Positions 55,876-64,000 of a DNA stretch of 64,000 bases are shown piece by piece. The stretch is from NCBI GenBank assembly GCA_029555025.1, contig JAKPTZ010000115.1:24898-88897 (forward strand), written 5' to 3'. Both the position numbers and the translations under genes were made by a program. Origin of the DNA: Deltaproteobacteria bacterium. GTDB taxonomy: Bacteria; Myxococcota_A; UBA9042; DTJE01. The notes below the pieces were generated by a model, which saw nothing but the letters and a program-made list of their open reading frames with translations, did not search any database and was not told the DNA's origin. Position 1 is the stretch's first letter, and the number at the start of each line of letters is the position of its first letter.

Positions 55876-56681
55876 AGTCCTCTCGCCTCGTTAAGGAGAG
55901 CGTTGTCGGCTTTGACGAATCCGGAAATTCCAAACAGCTTGCAGAACTGCTTTCCTTCCTTGTCGTCGCAGAATCTTTCCATGGTCCTGATGAAACCTTC
56001 CCGATCCTTCGCCGTGGTCTTTGCCTTGCTGGCAACCAGAGGCATGATCGGCAGGGCCTTCGATGTGAAGATTACTTCAAGGTCGCGTGCCCAGTCCAGA
56101 GACTTTGACGCGTTGAACTGCTGCTCGGTCACCAGCACGGCGTCAATCTTGCTTCCGGTCAGGTCGCGCAGTGCCTTGATCGAGCCGCGCGCCTTTTCCG
56201 CGACGAACGAGGAAAGCGGGTATTTCCCGGCCAGAACGACCTTCTCGACGAACGCGGGCTCGGCCAGCGGCGTGCCGCTGATCTTTTTTCCCTTCAGTTC
56301 GTCCATCGTCTTGAACGTGCCCTTGCGGACAAGGACGCGGAATGTTTCCGTCGTCTTGCCGTCCATCTTCGGCTGGACGACCGGCTCGAGGCCTTCCGGG
56401 TTCTGAAGCAGGAATCCAAGCGAGACGATGGCGTAGTCGGGCTTTGCGGCCATCAGGGCGCCACACTTCGTCATGTCCGAAGTGAACTCGGAAGTGAACG
56501 AGCCGGAATCCCAGCCCGACATCTTCTCCATCACGCGCAGCATCTGGTCGGTGGCCGGTTTGGCGTCGGCCTCGCGGACGCTGCCGCCGGGATAGCAAAG
56601 GACAAGTGTCTTTCCGGCTGCCGGGACACAAGCCGCGACCGCAATCAACGCAACAATGGATGCCGTGAAAAACCTGTTCAT
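55866..56681 (-). CDS. Periplasmic (substrate-binding-protein-like) protein co-operonic with the MMPL transporter
   Basis: Signal peptide MNRFFTASIVALIAVAACVPAAG. ATG at 56681 is 3 nt after the MMPL stop. The longer ORF to 56747 overlaps the MMPL gene. Confidence 0.5.
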   Translation of the reverse strand: MNRFFTASIVALIAVAACVPAAGKTLVLCYPGGSVREADAKPATDQMLRVMEKMSGWDSGSFTSEFTSDMTKCGALMAAKPDYAIVSLGFLLQNPEGLEPVVQPKMDGKTTETFRVLVRKGTFKTMDELKGKKISGTPLAEPAFVEKVVLAGKYPLSSFVAEKARGSIKALRDLTGSKIDAVLVTEQQFNASKSLDWARDLEVIFTSKALPIMPLVASKAKTTAKDREGFIRTMERFCDDKEGKQFCKLFGISGFVKADNALLNEARGLWK

Positions 56682-59467
56682 TTCTTTCTCCTGTCGGTCA
56701 GTTGTGCCATCAGCGGCGCAAGCAGAAGCGCGCACGCAAGGCAGCATGCAAGGCCGATCGTAACACCCAGGCCAAGCGTCGAGATGCCCCTGTATTCGGC
56801 AAGCGAAAGGGCACCGATACCGGCTATCGTGGTCAACGCAGCCACAAGTATAGGAATTCCCGCGACGCGGATGATCTGCCAGGGTCCGTACTGGCGCATT
56901 TCATCGAACCGGTGGGCGAACCAGATGCCGTAATCCAGCGCCAGCGCCATCAGCAGCGGCAGGGCGATGATATTCGCGTAGTTGTACATGTAGCCATGAG
57001 TCTTGTTCAGGATTGCCAGGATTCCCAGCATGATTCCCTCGCCAATCAGAAGCGGAAGAGAGGCGACGAGGAAGACCGGGATGCTGCGCAGAACCAGCAT
57101 CAGGAATGCCATCGCAACAATAATCGCCAGGGCCGTGCCGCTGAAGAAGCTTGAACGCGCAAGCTCCGCCTGGACGTTGTGCGTGGTCGGGAAACCGGTC
57201 GCCGCCGGGTTGATTTCGTAGATGTCCTTCATCAGGCGCTGAAGGAACGAAATGTTATAGACGGAATCGGCCGGATAGACGTAGGTGGCGATACTTCCGT
57301 CATTTCCGAAGAACCTTGAACGAAGGTTGTCGGGAAGATCAGTCGGTTCCAGAACCTTGGCGTCCTTCCACTTCGCCAGTTCCCGAAGCATGTATCTGGC
57401 GTCCCCGACGATCGCGGTCAGGAAAGCCTGGTTAGCCGTCCCCGCCTTCTCCGGATCTGCCTGGAGCCTTTCGATGATCCTGGCAAGGCGATCCCGGACG
57501 CCGTCGATGGCCCCGACCAGATCGGCATGTCCGGCGCTGGAGGCTGATTCCTGGTAATCGTCAATCATGTCCATAACCTTTTCAAGGATTGCCGCAATCC
57601 GCAGCGGCGCGCCGTTTTCCGGCAGCACGAAGTTCTTTTCGTCCATGATGTATCTGGCCACGTCCGATTCCGACAGGATTCGGCCGACCTTGCGGGCGGG
57701 TTCCACCCTTTCTGCCGCATCGGACGGGAAGAACTGCATCGGGCTCTGCACCTTGGCAACGGTGTTCAGCTTCTGGGCCTTATCGCCGATCTCGCGAGCT
57801 TCCTCCTGGGTCTTCGCCACAAGGATGACGACTTCCGACTGGTAATCGCTTTCCTTGACCATCCGTTTGGAATAGATCGCGGTTTCCGAATCCGCTGGCA
57901 GCATGTTAAGGACGTCGTAATCAAACGGCAGGTTGATGCCCTTGTAGGCACCGACTGCGGCGAGAATGACGGCCACCGTGACGATTGCCGCCGCGATCGG
58001 CTTCGGGATTTTCTTTCCCGGGTCGTCCTTTCCTTCCATGCCGGTGTCCTGTCCGAGTGCCTCGGCAGGCCTCGGCTTCAGCAGCGCGAACAGCGCTGGA
58101 AGCAGGGTGAACGTCGAAATCTGGACGGTTGCCACGCCGCACAGGGCAACGATTCCCAGTTCTGAAAATCCGGTGAATTCAACGGTTCCAAGTGCCCCGA
58201 ACACCATCATCGAAGCAAGTCCGGAAGTCACGACCGGTCGGGCCGAAGCCCCGGTTCCGACGCGGATGGCGTCCATCAGCGGCAGTCCGCGCTTCATCTC
58301 CTCGATGATCCGCGATGAGATGAAAACCCCGTAGTCAACGCCAAGCCCGAACAGCACCGCCGTGAAGGCGGTGGTAACCATGTTCATGTGGCCGACGGTG
58401 AAGTACATCATCGAGAAGGCCCAGACCGACCCGAAGCCCATGGCGCCGAATACGACCAGTCCGCGGCGGAACGAACGCATGACGAAAGTGATGATCAGAA
58501 GGATCAATATGCCTGCGCCGGCGATTGTCCAGGTGACGCCCTTCTGGATGTAGCTGAATTCCTCGTAGATTGTGGCAGGCATTCCGGCAAGGCCCGTCGT
58601 CGGAACCGCGCGTCCGGCCGCCTTCCATTCCGCCTTCAGCGCGTCGTTGGTTGATCTTACGTTCTCATAGAAAGGCTTGATTGCGGTGAATTCCTCGGAG
58701 CCGATGGCCTTTCGTACGAACACGAAAAGCATCGAACCGTCGTGGGAATCGTAGAAGCCGTTGCCGGTGACCATCTTGCGTGCTTCCGGCTGATCGGCCA
58801 GCATCTTTTCCCACGCGATCCTGGTCGCCTTGCTGTCCGGTTCAAGCCAGCGCAGCCATTCGTCCAGGAAGAACTGCATGCCGTTCAGTGAAGCTCTGGC
58901 CGAATCCATGTCGATTTCGCCCATCGGGATGGCCGGGGGCTCCTCGAAATAGCGGTTGGCCGCGTCAAGCGCCTCGTCCAGGCTTGACGGCATCTTTCCA
59001 TCCATCGACAGGAGTCCGTCCATGAATGTCGCAGCCTTGTCGAACTGCTCGTGGGGAAGGATGGTGTATGCATGGGAAACGAAAAAGTTCAGGTCAAGAC
59101 GGCTGTCGGCGGCGGACACCTCGGGAAGCTCTTCAAGTCGGGACGCCAGTTCCGCGGCGTACTTCTCCAGTTCCGGCCGTTCGATGCCTTCGATTGCGAT
59201 TATCAGGTCCGAGGCGGCGCCGAAGTTTTCCATGTAGTGTTCGAAACGTTCAACTTCCGGGCTGGTTCTGTCCAGCAGCGCCGTGCGTGATGTAAGGAAA
59301 GGCATCTGGCTCAGCAGATAGAGGGACAGCGCGCACAGGGCCAGGCCTATACCCACAAATACAAGTGGACGTCTCGAGGAGGCCGCGGCAATCGTCTGGA
59401 AAAAATGCTCGAATCGCTTTTCGAAATTCTTCAACATGTTAAGACCTGGGCGAGTTAATAATTTCAA
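56678..59467 (-). CDS. MMPL/RND-superfamily exporter (HpnN-like, 2 x 6 TM with two periplasmic loops)
   Basis: 929 aa. Two repeated 6-TM bundles (…GIDYGVFISSRIIEE…, …ALALDYGIWFAHRFDE…), each preceded by a large periplasmic domain. This is the MMPL topology. Confidence 0.8.
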   Translation of the reverse strand: MKLLTRPGLNMLKNFEKRFEHFFQTIAAASSRRPLVFVGIGLALCALSLYLLSQMPFLTSRTALLDRTSPEVERFEHYMENFGAASDLIIAIEGIERPELEKYAAELASRLEELPEVSAADSRLDLNFFVSHAYTILPHEQFDKAATFMDGLLSMDGKMPSSLDEALDAANRYFEEPPAIPMGEIDMDSARASLNGMQFFLDEWLRWLEPDSKATRIAWEKMLADQPEARKMVTGNGFYDSHDGSMLFVFVRKAIGSEEFTAIKPFYENVRSTNDALKAEWKAAGRAVPTTGLAGMPATIYEEFSYIQKGVTWTIAGAGILILLIITFVMRSFRRGLVVFGAMGFGSVWAFSMMYFTVGHMNMVTTAFTAVLFGLGVDYGVFISSRIIEEMKRGLPLMDAIRVGTGASARPVVTSGLASMMVFGALGTVEFTGFSELGIVALCGVATVQISTFTLLPALFALLKPRPAEALGQDTGMEGKDDPGKKIPKPIAAAIVTVAVILAAVGAYKGINLPFDYDVLNMLPADSETAIYSKRMVKESDYQSEVVILVAKTQEEAREIGDKAQKLNTVAKVQSPMQFFPSDAAERVEPARKVGRILSESDVARYIMDEKNFVLPENGAPLRIAAILEKVMDMIDDYQESASSAGHADLVGAIDGVRDRLARIIERLQADPEKAGTANQAFLTAIVGDARYMLRELAKWKDAKVLEPTDLPDNLRSRFFGNDGSIATYVYPADSVYNISFLQRLMKDIYEINPAATGFPTTHNVQAELARSSFFSGTALAIIVAMAFLMLVLRSIPVFLVASLPLLIGEGIMLGILAILNKTHGYMYNYANIIALPLLMALALDYGIWFAHRFDEMRQYGPWQIIRVAGIPILVAALTTIAGIGALSLAEYRGISTLGLGVTIGLACCLACALLLAPLMAQLTDRRKK

Positions 59468-59689
59468 ATGGTTGTGCGACCTGCCGTGTTCATTGAACCG
59501 ATCCGGCAGGTCGGAATTCGGTGCAGATTGTCACCGTTCTGGCGGTCGAAAGTCAAGGAAGGCACCCCCAGTCCGGTCAGCGCCATCAAAGGCCATATCG
59601 ACCCTGACCATGTTAGTCCCCGAAATCACTTGTTGACTGGCGTCGGCATGCAAAATACCCTCTTCCGGGTCTTTGTCCTGGAGCAGATG

Positions 59690-61492
59690 ATGCGACATCA
59701 CCCCCTTCCAACGCTTCTGATTCCCCTGATGATGATGGCCGCCTGCGGTTCCGCCGGTTCAAGCCCGGATCTGGCCGGGGATGTCCCCGACGTGGGCGTG
59801 CCCGATTCGATCCAGGGAGACTTGATGCCGGACGATCCCGGCGGGCCGGACGTTCCGGTCGTTTCCGACGCATCCGATGCCGTCGAGCCGGTCGATTCAC
59901 TTGACGCGGTCGATGCCGCCGATTCGGTCGGGGATGAGGGCGCTCCGTTCGACTTCAGGGTTCGGTGGAATGCGCCGGCCGGTCCGTGGCCGGTCTGCGA
60001 CGAGGTGGCTGGAACATCGAAGACGCTGGCCGCCAAGGCCGCCTATTACGACTGGATCGGGCCGAAGCTGCACCAGGAACCGAAGTCCGGATCGCACGAA
60101 GACACCGCAAGGATGTACAACGTGGATTGTGACGGCCCGGTACCGGTGGAAATCGTGCCGGACGACCAGTTGCCGAACTGCGTTCTTCGCAGCAGCGAGA
60201 ACAACGGGCTGTGGACGTCGATGTACGTTGCGTCCCAGTGCTTCAGGTACGGCGCGACCGGGGATGCGGAAGCACTTGCAAATGCGCTGCGCACCCTGAA
60301 GGGCACGTACGAGTTGATGCAGATCACCGGGCGTCCCGGTCTTTACGCCCGCGAGGCTTCGGATCCCGGGATCGCCCCAATCCAGACTTGTCCCGAAGAC
60401 CCGATGGAGTACCGACCGCCCGAGGAAGGCACCAGGAAGGGCAATTACTGGGTGAAGGTCGATACCGACGGGTGCATGCTGGATTACCACTCGGACTCGG
60501 CGGAATGGGTGAAGCACCCGGATGTCTGCACGGACGTCAAATATGCCGGGCGCTGCTGGAAGCGCAACGTGTCCAAGGATGAATACAGCGGCCATGCATA
60601 CGCGGCCGGCGTGTGCGCCAAGGTTGTCGATGATCCCGCCGTTCGCGGGCTGGCGACCGAAATCCTTTCGAAGATTGCGCATCATCTTAAGGACAATGCC
60701 TACTGGCTGACAGATTACGACGGTCTCGAGACCAGGTACGGTTCGATCCATGCCATGTCCCTTGACCACATCCCGGGTTTCAACGCGAAGCTGGCGCTTG
60801 TCTGGGTCAAGTCGGCCGCGATGGCATCAGGCGAGCAGGAACTGATTGACGAATACTATAAGTGCCTTCTCCAGTCCGACGGCGAACTGCGGTGTATCGA
60901 AAGGGAGACCGAATTCCCGGTCGATTACACCACCTTCCTGGACGAACTCGGGTTGAAGATTGGTTGCCAGACCAACTTCGACAACGTCAGCATGATGATG
61001 CTTGCGTACCTGAACGAGATCTGGTTCGAGCCGTCGAAGGCGGAGCGTGCGCGTTTCCGTGCCCTGTTCGAACAGGCCAGTCGAGGCCCGGATACCGATG
61101 ACAGGGACATCTGGTCGATGAAGGTGCCCTTTTACAATTTCATGATCGCCGCGGCCGAAGGCGATGAAGCGATGACCGCGGAACGAAGGAACCTTATCGA
61201 GTCCATGGTCAACGATGGAATCTGCGTCCTCAAGAATTTCCAGGAAACCCAGATCGAGCGAGATGAAGACACCACCGTGCTTGAATCGGTGTGCGAGTCC
61301 GACCGCCACGGTTCGTTGATTGACGGCATAGTTCCAATCGAGGATCGCTGTCCGGCGACGTTTGAATGGTGGGGCGACCCTTCATCGGTTGAAAAGTGCA
61401 GCTTCAACCCGAACGTCGCCGACAACCCGGCCGGCTTCCTTGCCCCTTACTGGATGGGGCGATACTTCGGGTTCATTTCGGAAGACATGTGA
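59690..61492 (+). CDS. Secreted lipoprotein of unknown function with C-terminal …APYWMGRYFGFISEDM (paralog A)
   Basis: Lipobox LIPLMMMAACGS. D/P-rich linker. Globular domain homologous to the next gene. The upstream ATG at 59648 is an alternative start. Confidence 0.6.
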   Translation: MRHHPLPTLLIPLMMMAACGSAGSSPDLAGDVPDVGVPDSIQGDLMPDDPGGPDVPVVSDASDAVEPVDSLDAVDAADSVGDEGAPFDFRVRWNAPAGPWPVCDEVAGTSKTLAAKAAYYDWIGPKLHQEPKSGSHEDTARMYNVDCDGPVPVEIVPDDQLPNCVLRSSENNGLWTSMYVASQCFRYGATGDAEALANALRTLKGTYELMQITGRPGLYAREASDPGIAPIQTCPEDPMEYRPPEEGTRKGNYWVKVDTDGCMLDYHSDSAEWVKHPDVCTDVKYAGRCWKRNVSKDEYSGHAYAAGVCAKVVDDPAVRGLATEILSKIAHHLKDNAYWLTDYDGLETRYGSIHAMSLDHIPGFNAKLALVWVKSAAMASGEQELIDEYYKCLLQSDGELRCIERETEFPVDYTTFLDELGLKIGCQTNFDNVSMMMLAYLNEIWFEPSKAERARFRALFEQASRGPDTDDRDIWSMKVPFYNFMIAAAEGDEAMTAERRNLIESMVNDGICVLKNFQETQIERDEDTTVLESVCESDRHGSLIDGIVPIEDRCPATFEWWGDPSSVEKCSFNPNVADNPAGFLAPYWMGRYFGFISEDM

Positions 61493-61549
61493 CGCCGGCC
61501 TTTTTCCGGCGCGTGTCCGTCCTGGCATTCAATGACGCTGGAGGTACCA

Positions 61550-63391
61550 ATGTTCAGGTTTGGCCCGTCGGTTGCCGCGATTGTAGCTACCCTTGTCCTT
61601 GGCTGTTCCGGCGGGCCTGGAAACCCGGATGCGGTTGAACCGGACGATGTCCCGGGCGACATTTCCGGCGATGACGTTCCTTCGGTTCCCGACACCGGTA
61701 ATCCAGCGGATGCGTTCGATGCCGGTTCGGATTCGGAGCCGGGCGATCTTCCGCGAAATGACGGCCAGGAAGTCGCCATCCCTGATGATGGCTCATCTGA
61801 AGATGTCCCGGTTCTGCCCGAGCTGGTTCTTACAAGGACAGTCGTGCCCGTCGTGGATGCCGGCTTGTCATTGAACCATGCCCTCGAAGCGACGGGTGGC
61901 CAGCCGCCTTATTCAGACTGGACCATAGTGAAGGGGAGCCTGCCTGCCGGCGTCGAACTGGATGCCGAAACGGGGATCATTTCAGGGGTGCCTTCGGAAA
62001 GGGGGTTTTCCTGGTTTGTCGTCGAGGTTGGTGACTCGGCCGGCAACCGCGCCTCCGAGCTCTTCGGCATCCGGGTCGGGGATCCCGTTTCGACAGGCCC
62101 GCTGCGCGAAAGGGCGGACGCATACCAGGCCGTCTATGAAGCCAGGCACGACTGGGGCGGCTTCAGCTACAACTGCAACACGCCCGACGATCCGGACGGC
62201 AACCTGCGCCTGACTACCCTTGGCGACGCGACTTTCCAGTCTGGTCAGTGCACGATGGCGATGGCTTACAGGGACGCGGTCGAACGTACCCAGCAGACTT
62301 CGGCTTACCTGAAGAAGCAGGTTGACGGCTGGCGGTTTTTCCAGAACCTGACGGGTGTTCCGGGGCTTATCGGAAGAAGCTGGGGCAAGGTCGATTATCC
62401 GTGGGAAGACAACCACCACCGTGACGGATTCTGGCCGGACAACCCGGATTCGCACAGTTACCGCGCCGAAGGCGATTACGAAGGGTACATATGGGTTGGC
62501 GATGTCAGTCGGGATCAGGCAAGCGGCGCCGTGCTCGGTGTCGCGGCCGCGTACGACCTGGCCGACGACCCGGAGACGAAGGCGACCGCGGCCGCCTTTC
62601 TTACCGATCTGGTCGATCATGTCTGGGAAAACAATCTCGATTTCAAGGACAGGAACGACAAGCCGCCAAGGTACGGGAACATCGACGGCGACAACTTCGA
62701 AGGCTGGCCGTATCCAAACGGCCTGAACGCGGCGTGCTCGCTTGCATGGTTCAGGATCGCGGCACACGTGGCCGAGGCTGAAGGGCTCGACGATGCGGGC
62801 CGGTTCCGCGAAAGGTACCAGGAACTGGTGTCTCGCGGGTATATCGGATACATGCGCGACTACATGTGGGTTTATGACGGATACAACACGAAGCACTACA
62901 ACACTTACATGGCGTATGAAAATCTTTTCCATCTGGCACGTCTTGAAGACGACCCCGTTCTTGGCCCCCAGATCGACGACATCTTCCGGGACACGCTGTG
63001 GCTGAACCTGGACGACAACACGCCGAACCGCAAGGGCGTGAAGGAAGGAAATCCGGTCAAGACCACATGGTACCTGTATTCGACCGGGGATCGGGATCCG
63101 GTTGCCCTCTGGGATGCGCTCTGGCAGGTAGTCGTCTTCCCGGACGCGCCGCTTCGCGACCGTTACGTGAAAAACAGCGACGACCCTGAAATCGTGGTCA
63201 ACCCGGATGAGCCGACGGAATCCCTTTACCCGCTTCCTTCAAACCGGCTTCAGCCCGACATGGTCATCTGGCACCGCAGCACGTTCCTTCTGGACGGCGG
63301 AGTCGATTCGGGCGAGGAAAGAACCGGTTGCGATTACCTTCTGCCTTACTGGATGGGGCGTTACTACGGCTGGATCGATGCGGCCTGGTGA
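61550..63391 (+). CDS. Secreted lipoprotein of unknown function with C-terminal …LPYWMGRYYGWIDAAW (paralog B)
   Basis: GGAGG RBS 6 nt before ATG 61550. Lipobox LVLGCSG. D/P/S-rich linker. Domain alignable with paralog A (e.g. SGAVLGVAAAYDLADDPETKATAAAFLTDLVDHV vs SGHAYAAGVCAKVVDDPAVRGLATEILSKIAHHL), and both share the C-terminal YWMGRY motif. Confidence 0.65.
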   Translation: MFRFGPSVAAIVATLVLGCSGGPGNPDAVEPDDVPGDISGDDVPSVPDTGNPADAFDAGSDSEPGDLPRNDGQEVAIPDDGSSEDVPVLPELVLTRTVVPVVDAGLSLNHALEATGGQPPYSDWTIVKGSLPAGVELDAETGIISGVPSERGFSWFVVEVGDSAGNRASELFGIRVGDPVSTGPLRERADAYQAVYEARHDWGGFSYNCNTPDDPDGNLRLTTLGDATFQSGQCTMAMAYRDAVERTQQTSAYLKKQVDGWRFFQNLTGVPGLIGRSWGKVDYPWEDNHHRDGFWPDNPDSHSYRAEGDYEGYIWVGDVSRDQASGAVLGVAAAYDLADDPETKATAAAFLTDLVDHVWENNLDFKDRNDKPPRYGNIDGDNFEGWPYPNGLNAACSLAWFRIAAHVAEAEGLDDAGRFRERYQELVSRGYIGYMRDYMWVYDGYNTKHYNTYMAYENLFHLARLEDDPVLGPQIDDIFRDTLWLNLDDNTPNRKGVKEGNPVKTTWYLYSTGDRDPVALWDALWQVVVFPDAPLRDRYVKNSDDPEIVVNPDEPTESLYPLPSNRLQPDMVIWHRSTFLLDGGVDSGEERTGCDYLLPYWMGRYYGWIDAAW

Positions 63392-63467
63392 TGGCACGCC
63401 CCAGCATGGATCCCGCTTCAACGCACATGTATAATGAACCGATTCTTTACAATACAAGGGGTCGCCC

Positions 63468-64000
63468 ATGGACAGAGTCCTGCCTTTCGAAGTGTCTCCG
63501 GCTTCCGCCCGTGTCGCGCTGACTTCACGTCATCGGCCACGCAACTGCGTCTGGGAACTGACCCTTGACTGCAACCTGAACTGCGTTCATTGCGGTTCGT
63601 CGGCCGGCAGGGCACGCCACGCCGAGCTTTCGACCGAAGAGGCCCTCGACGTGGTTCGGCAGCTTCGGGATCTGGGCTGCGAACTGGTGACGCTTTCCGG
63701 CGGCGAGCCGCTTCTGCGGCCTGACTGGTTTGAAATCGCCCGCGCGATTGCCGATTCCGGAATGTACGTCAACATGGTCACCAACGGCCTGCTGGTTGAC
63801 GACGAGGTCGCCGCGAAGATATCGCGTTCCGGGATGTGCAACGTTGGCGTAAGCATCGACGGGCCGCGTGACGTGCACGACAGGATCCGCGCCCCCGGAT
63901 CGTTCGACAAGTCGATGGCCGGCATCCGGACGCTGGTGAAAAACGGCGTCAGCGTCGGCGTGATGACCACAATCAACCGCTGGAACATGGCCAGGCTCGA
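63468..64000 (+). CDS. Radical SAM / SPASM-type maturase (PqqE/anSME/MftC-like). N-terminal part only; runs off the window.
   Basis: MDRVLPFEV…CVWELTLDCNLNCVHCGSSAG (CxxxCxxC). Then GGEPLLRPDW and …MVTNGLLV…, typical of the SPASM-maturase subfamily. AAGGGG RBS. Not in the ORF track because it has no stop inside the window. Confidence 0.65.
   Translation, partial: MDRVLPFEVSPASARVALTSRHRPRNCVWELTLDCNLNCVHCGSSAGRARHAELSTEEALDVVRQLRDLGCELVTLSGGEPLLRPDWFEIARAIADSGMYVNMVTNGLLVDDEVAAKISRSGMCNVGVSIDGPRDVHDRIRAPGSFDKSMAGIRTLVKNGVSVGVMTTINRWNMARL

Overview
High-GC (~62%) bacterial chromosomal window. The cysteine-rich repeat lipoproteins, NtrC-family sigma-54 activator, RelA/SpoT and OmpR-type two-component system suggest a Myxococcota/Deltaproteobacteria-like organism. 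About 45 genes are supported.

Housekeeping backbone: recJ (partial)-secF-secD-yajC on the minus strand, a divergent clpP, a GH4 glycosidase, nadK, rluD-like, ispG, a HAD hydrolase, a MetY/MetC-family PLP enzyme, tRNA-Glu/tRNA-Lys/tRNA-Gly, an aldehyde dehydrogenase, relA/spoT, ldcA, a serine hydrolase, a CNNM/TlyC-family protein and ugd.

Accessory content:
(1) A tightly coupled minus-strand operon at 8.2-16.0 kb. It encodes a Lon-like AAA+ protease, an Lhr-like DEAH helicase, two paralogous BrxD/DUF2791-like P-loop ATPases (one with an N-terminal UvrD/PcrA-C-terminal-like Tudor motif) and a 287-aa unknown. This resembles the BrxD+BrxHI(+BrxL) accessory set of BREX, but no PglX methyltransferase or PglZ phosphatase is present. 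It is the best candidate for an undescribed defense-like system.
(2) Two paralogous lipoproteins that share a conserved C-terminal YWMGRY(F/Y)G(F/W)I motif, followed by a radical-SAM/SPASM enzyme.
(3) Three giant cysteine-rich lipoproteins: one with MopE-like CxDxxDNDCDG motifs plus Kelch repeats, one with Myxococcus cysteine-rich repeats, and one with Myxococcus cysteine-rich repeats plus four lamin-tail domains.
(4) An NFACT-N-like protein with seven perfect 66-bp tandem repeats.
(5) An MMPL/RND exporter cluster.
(6) Small intergenic hairpin and direct repeats.

No CRISPR array, integrase or transposase was seen.
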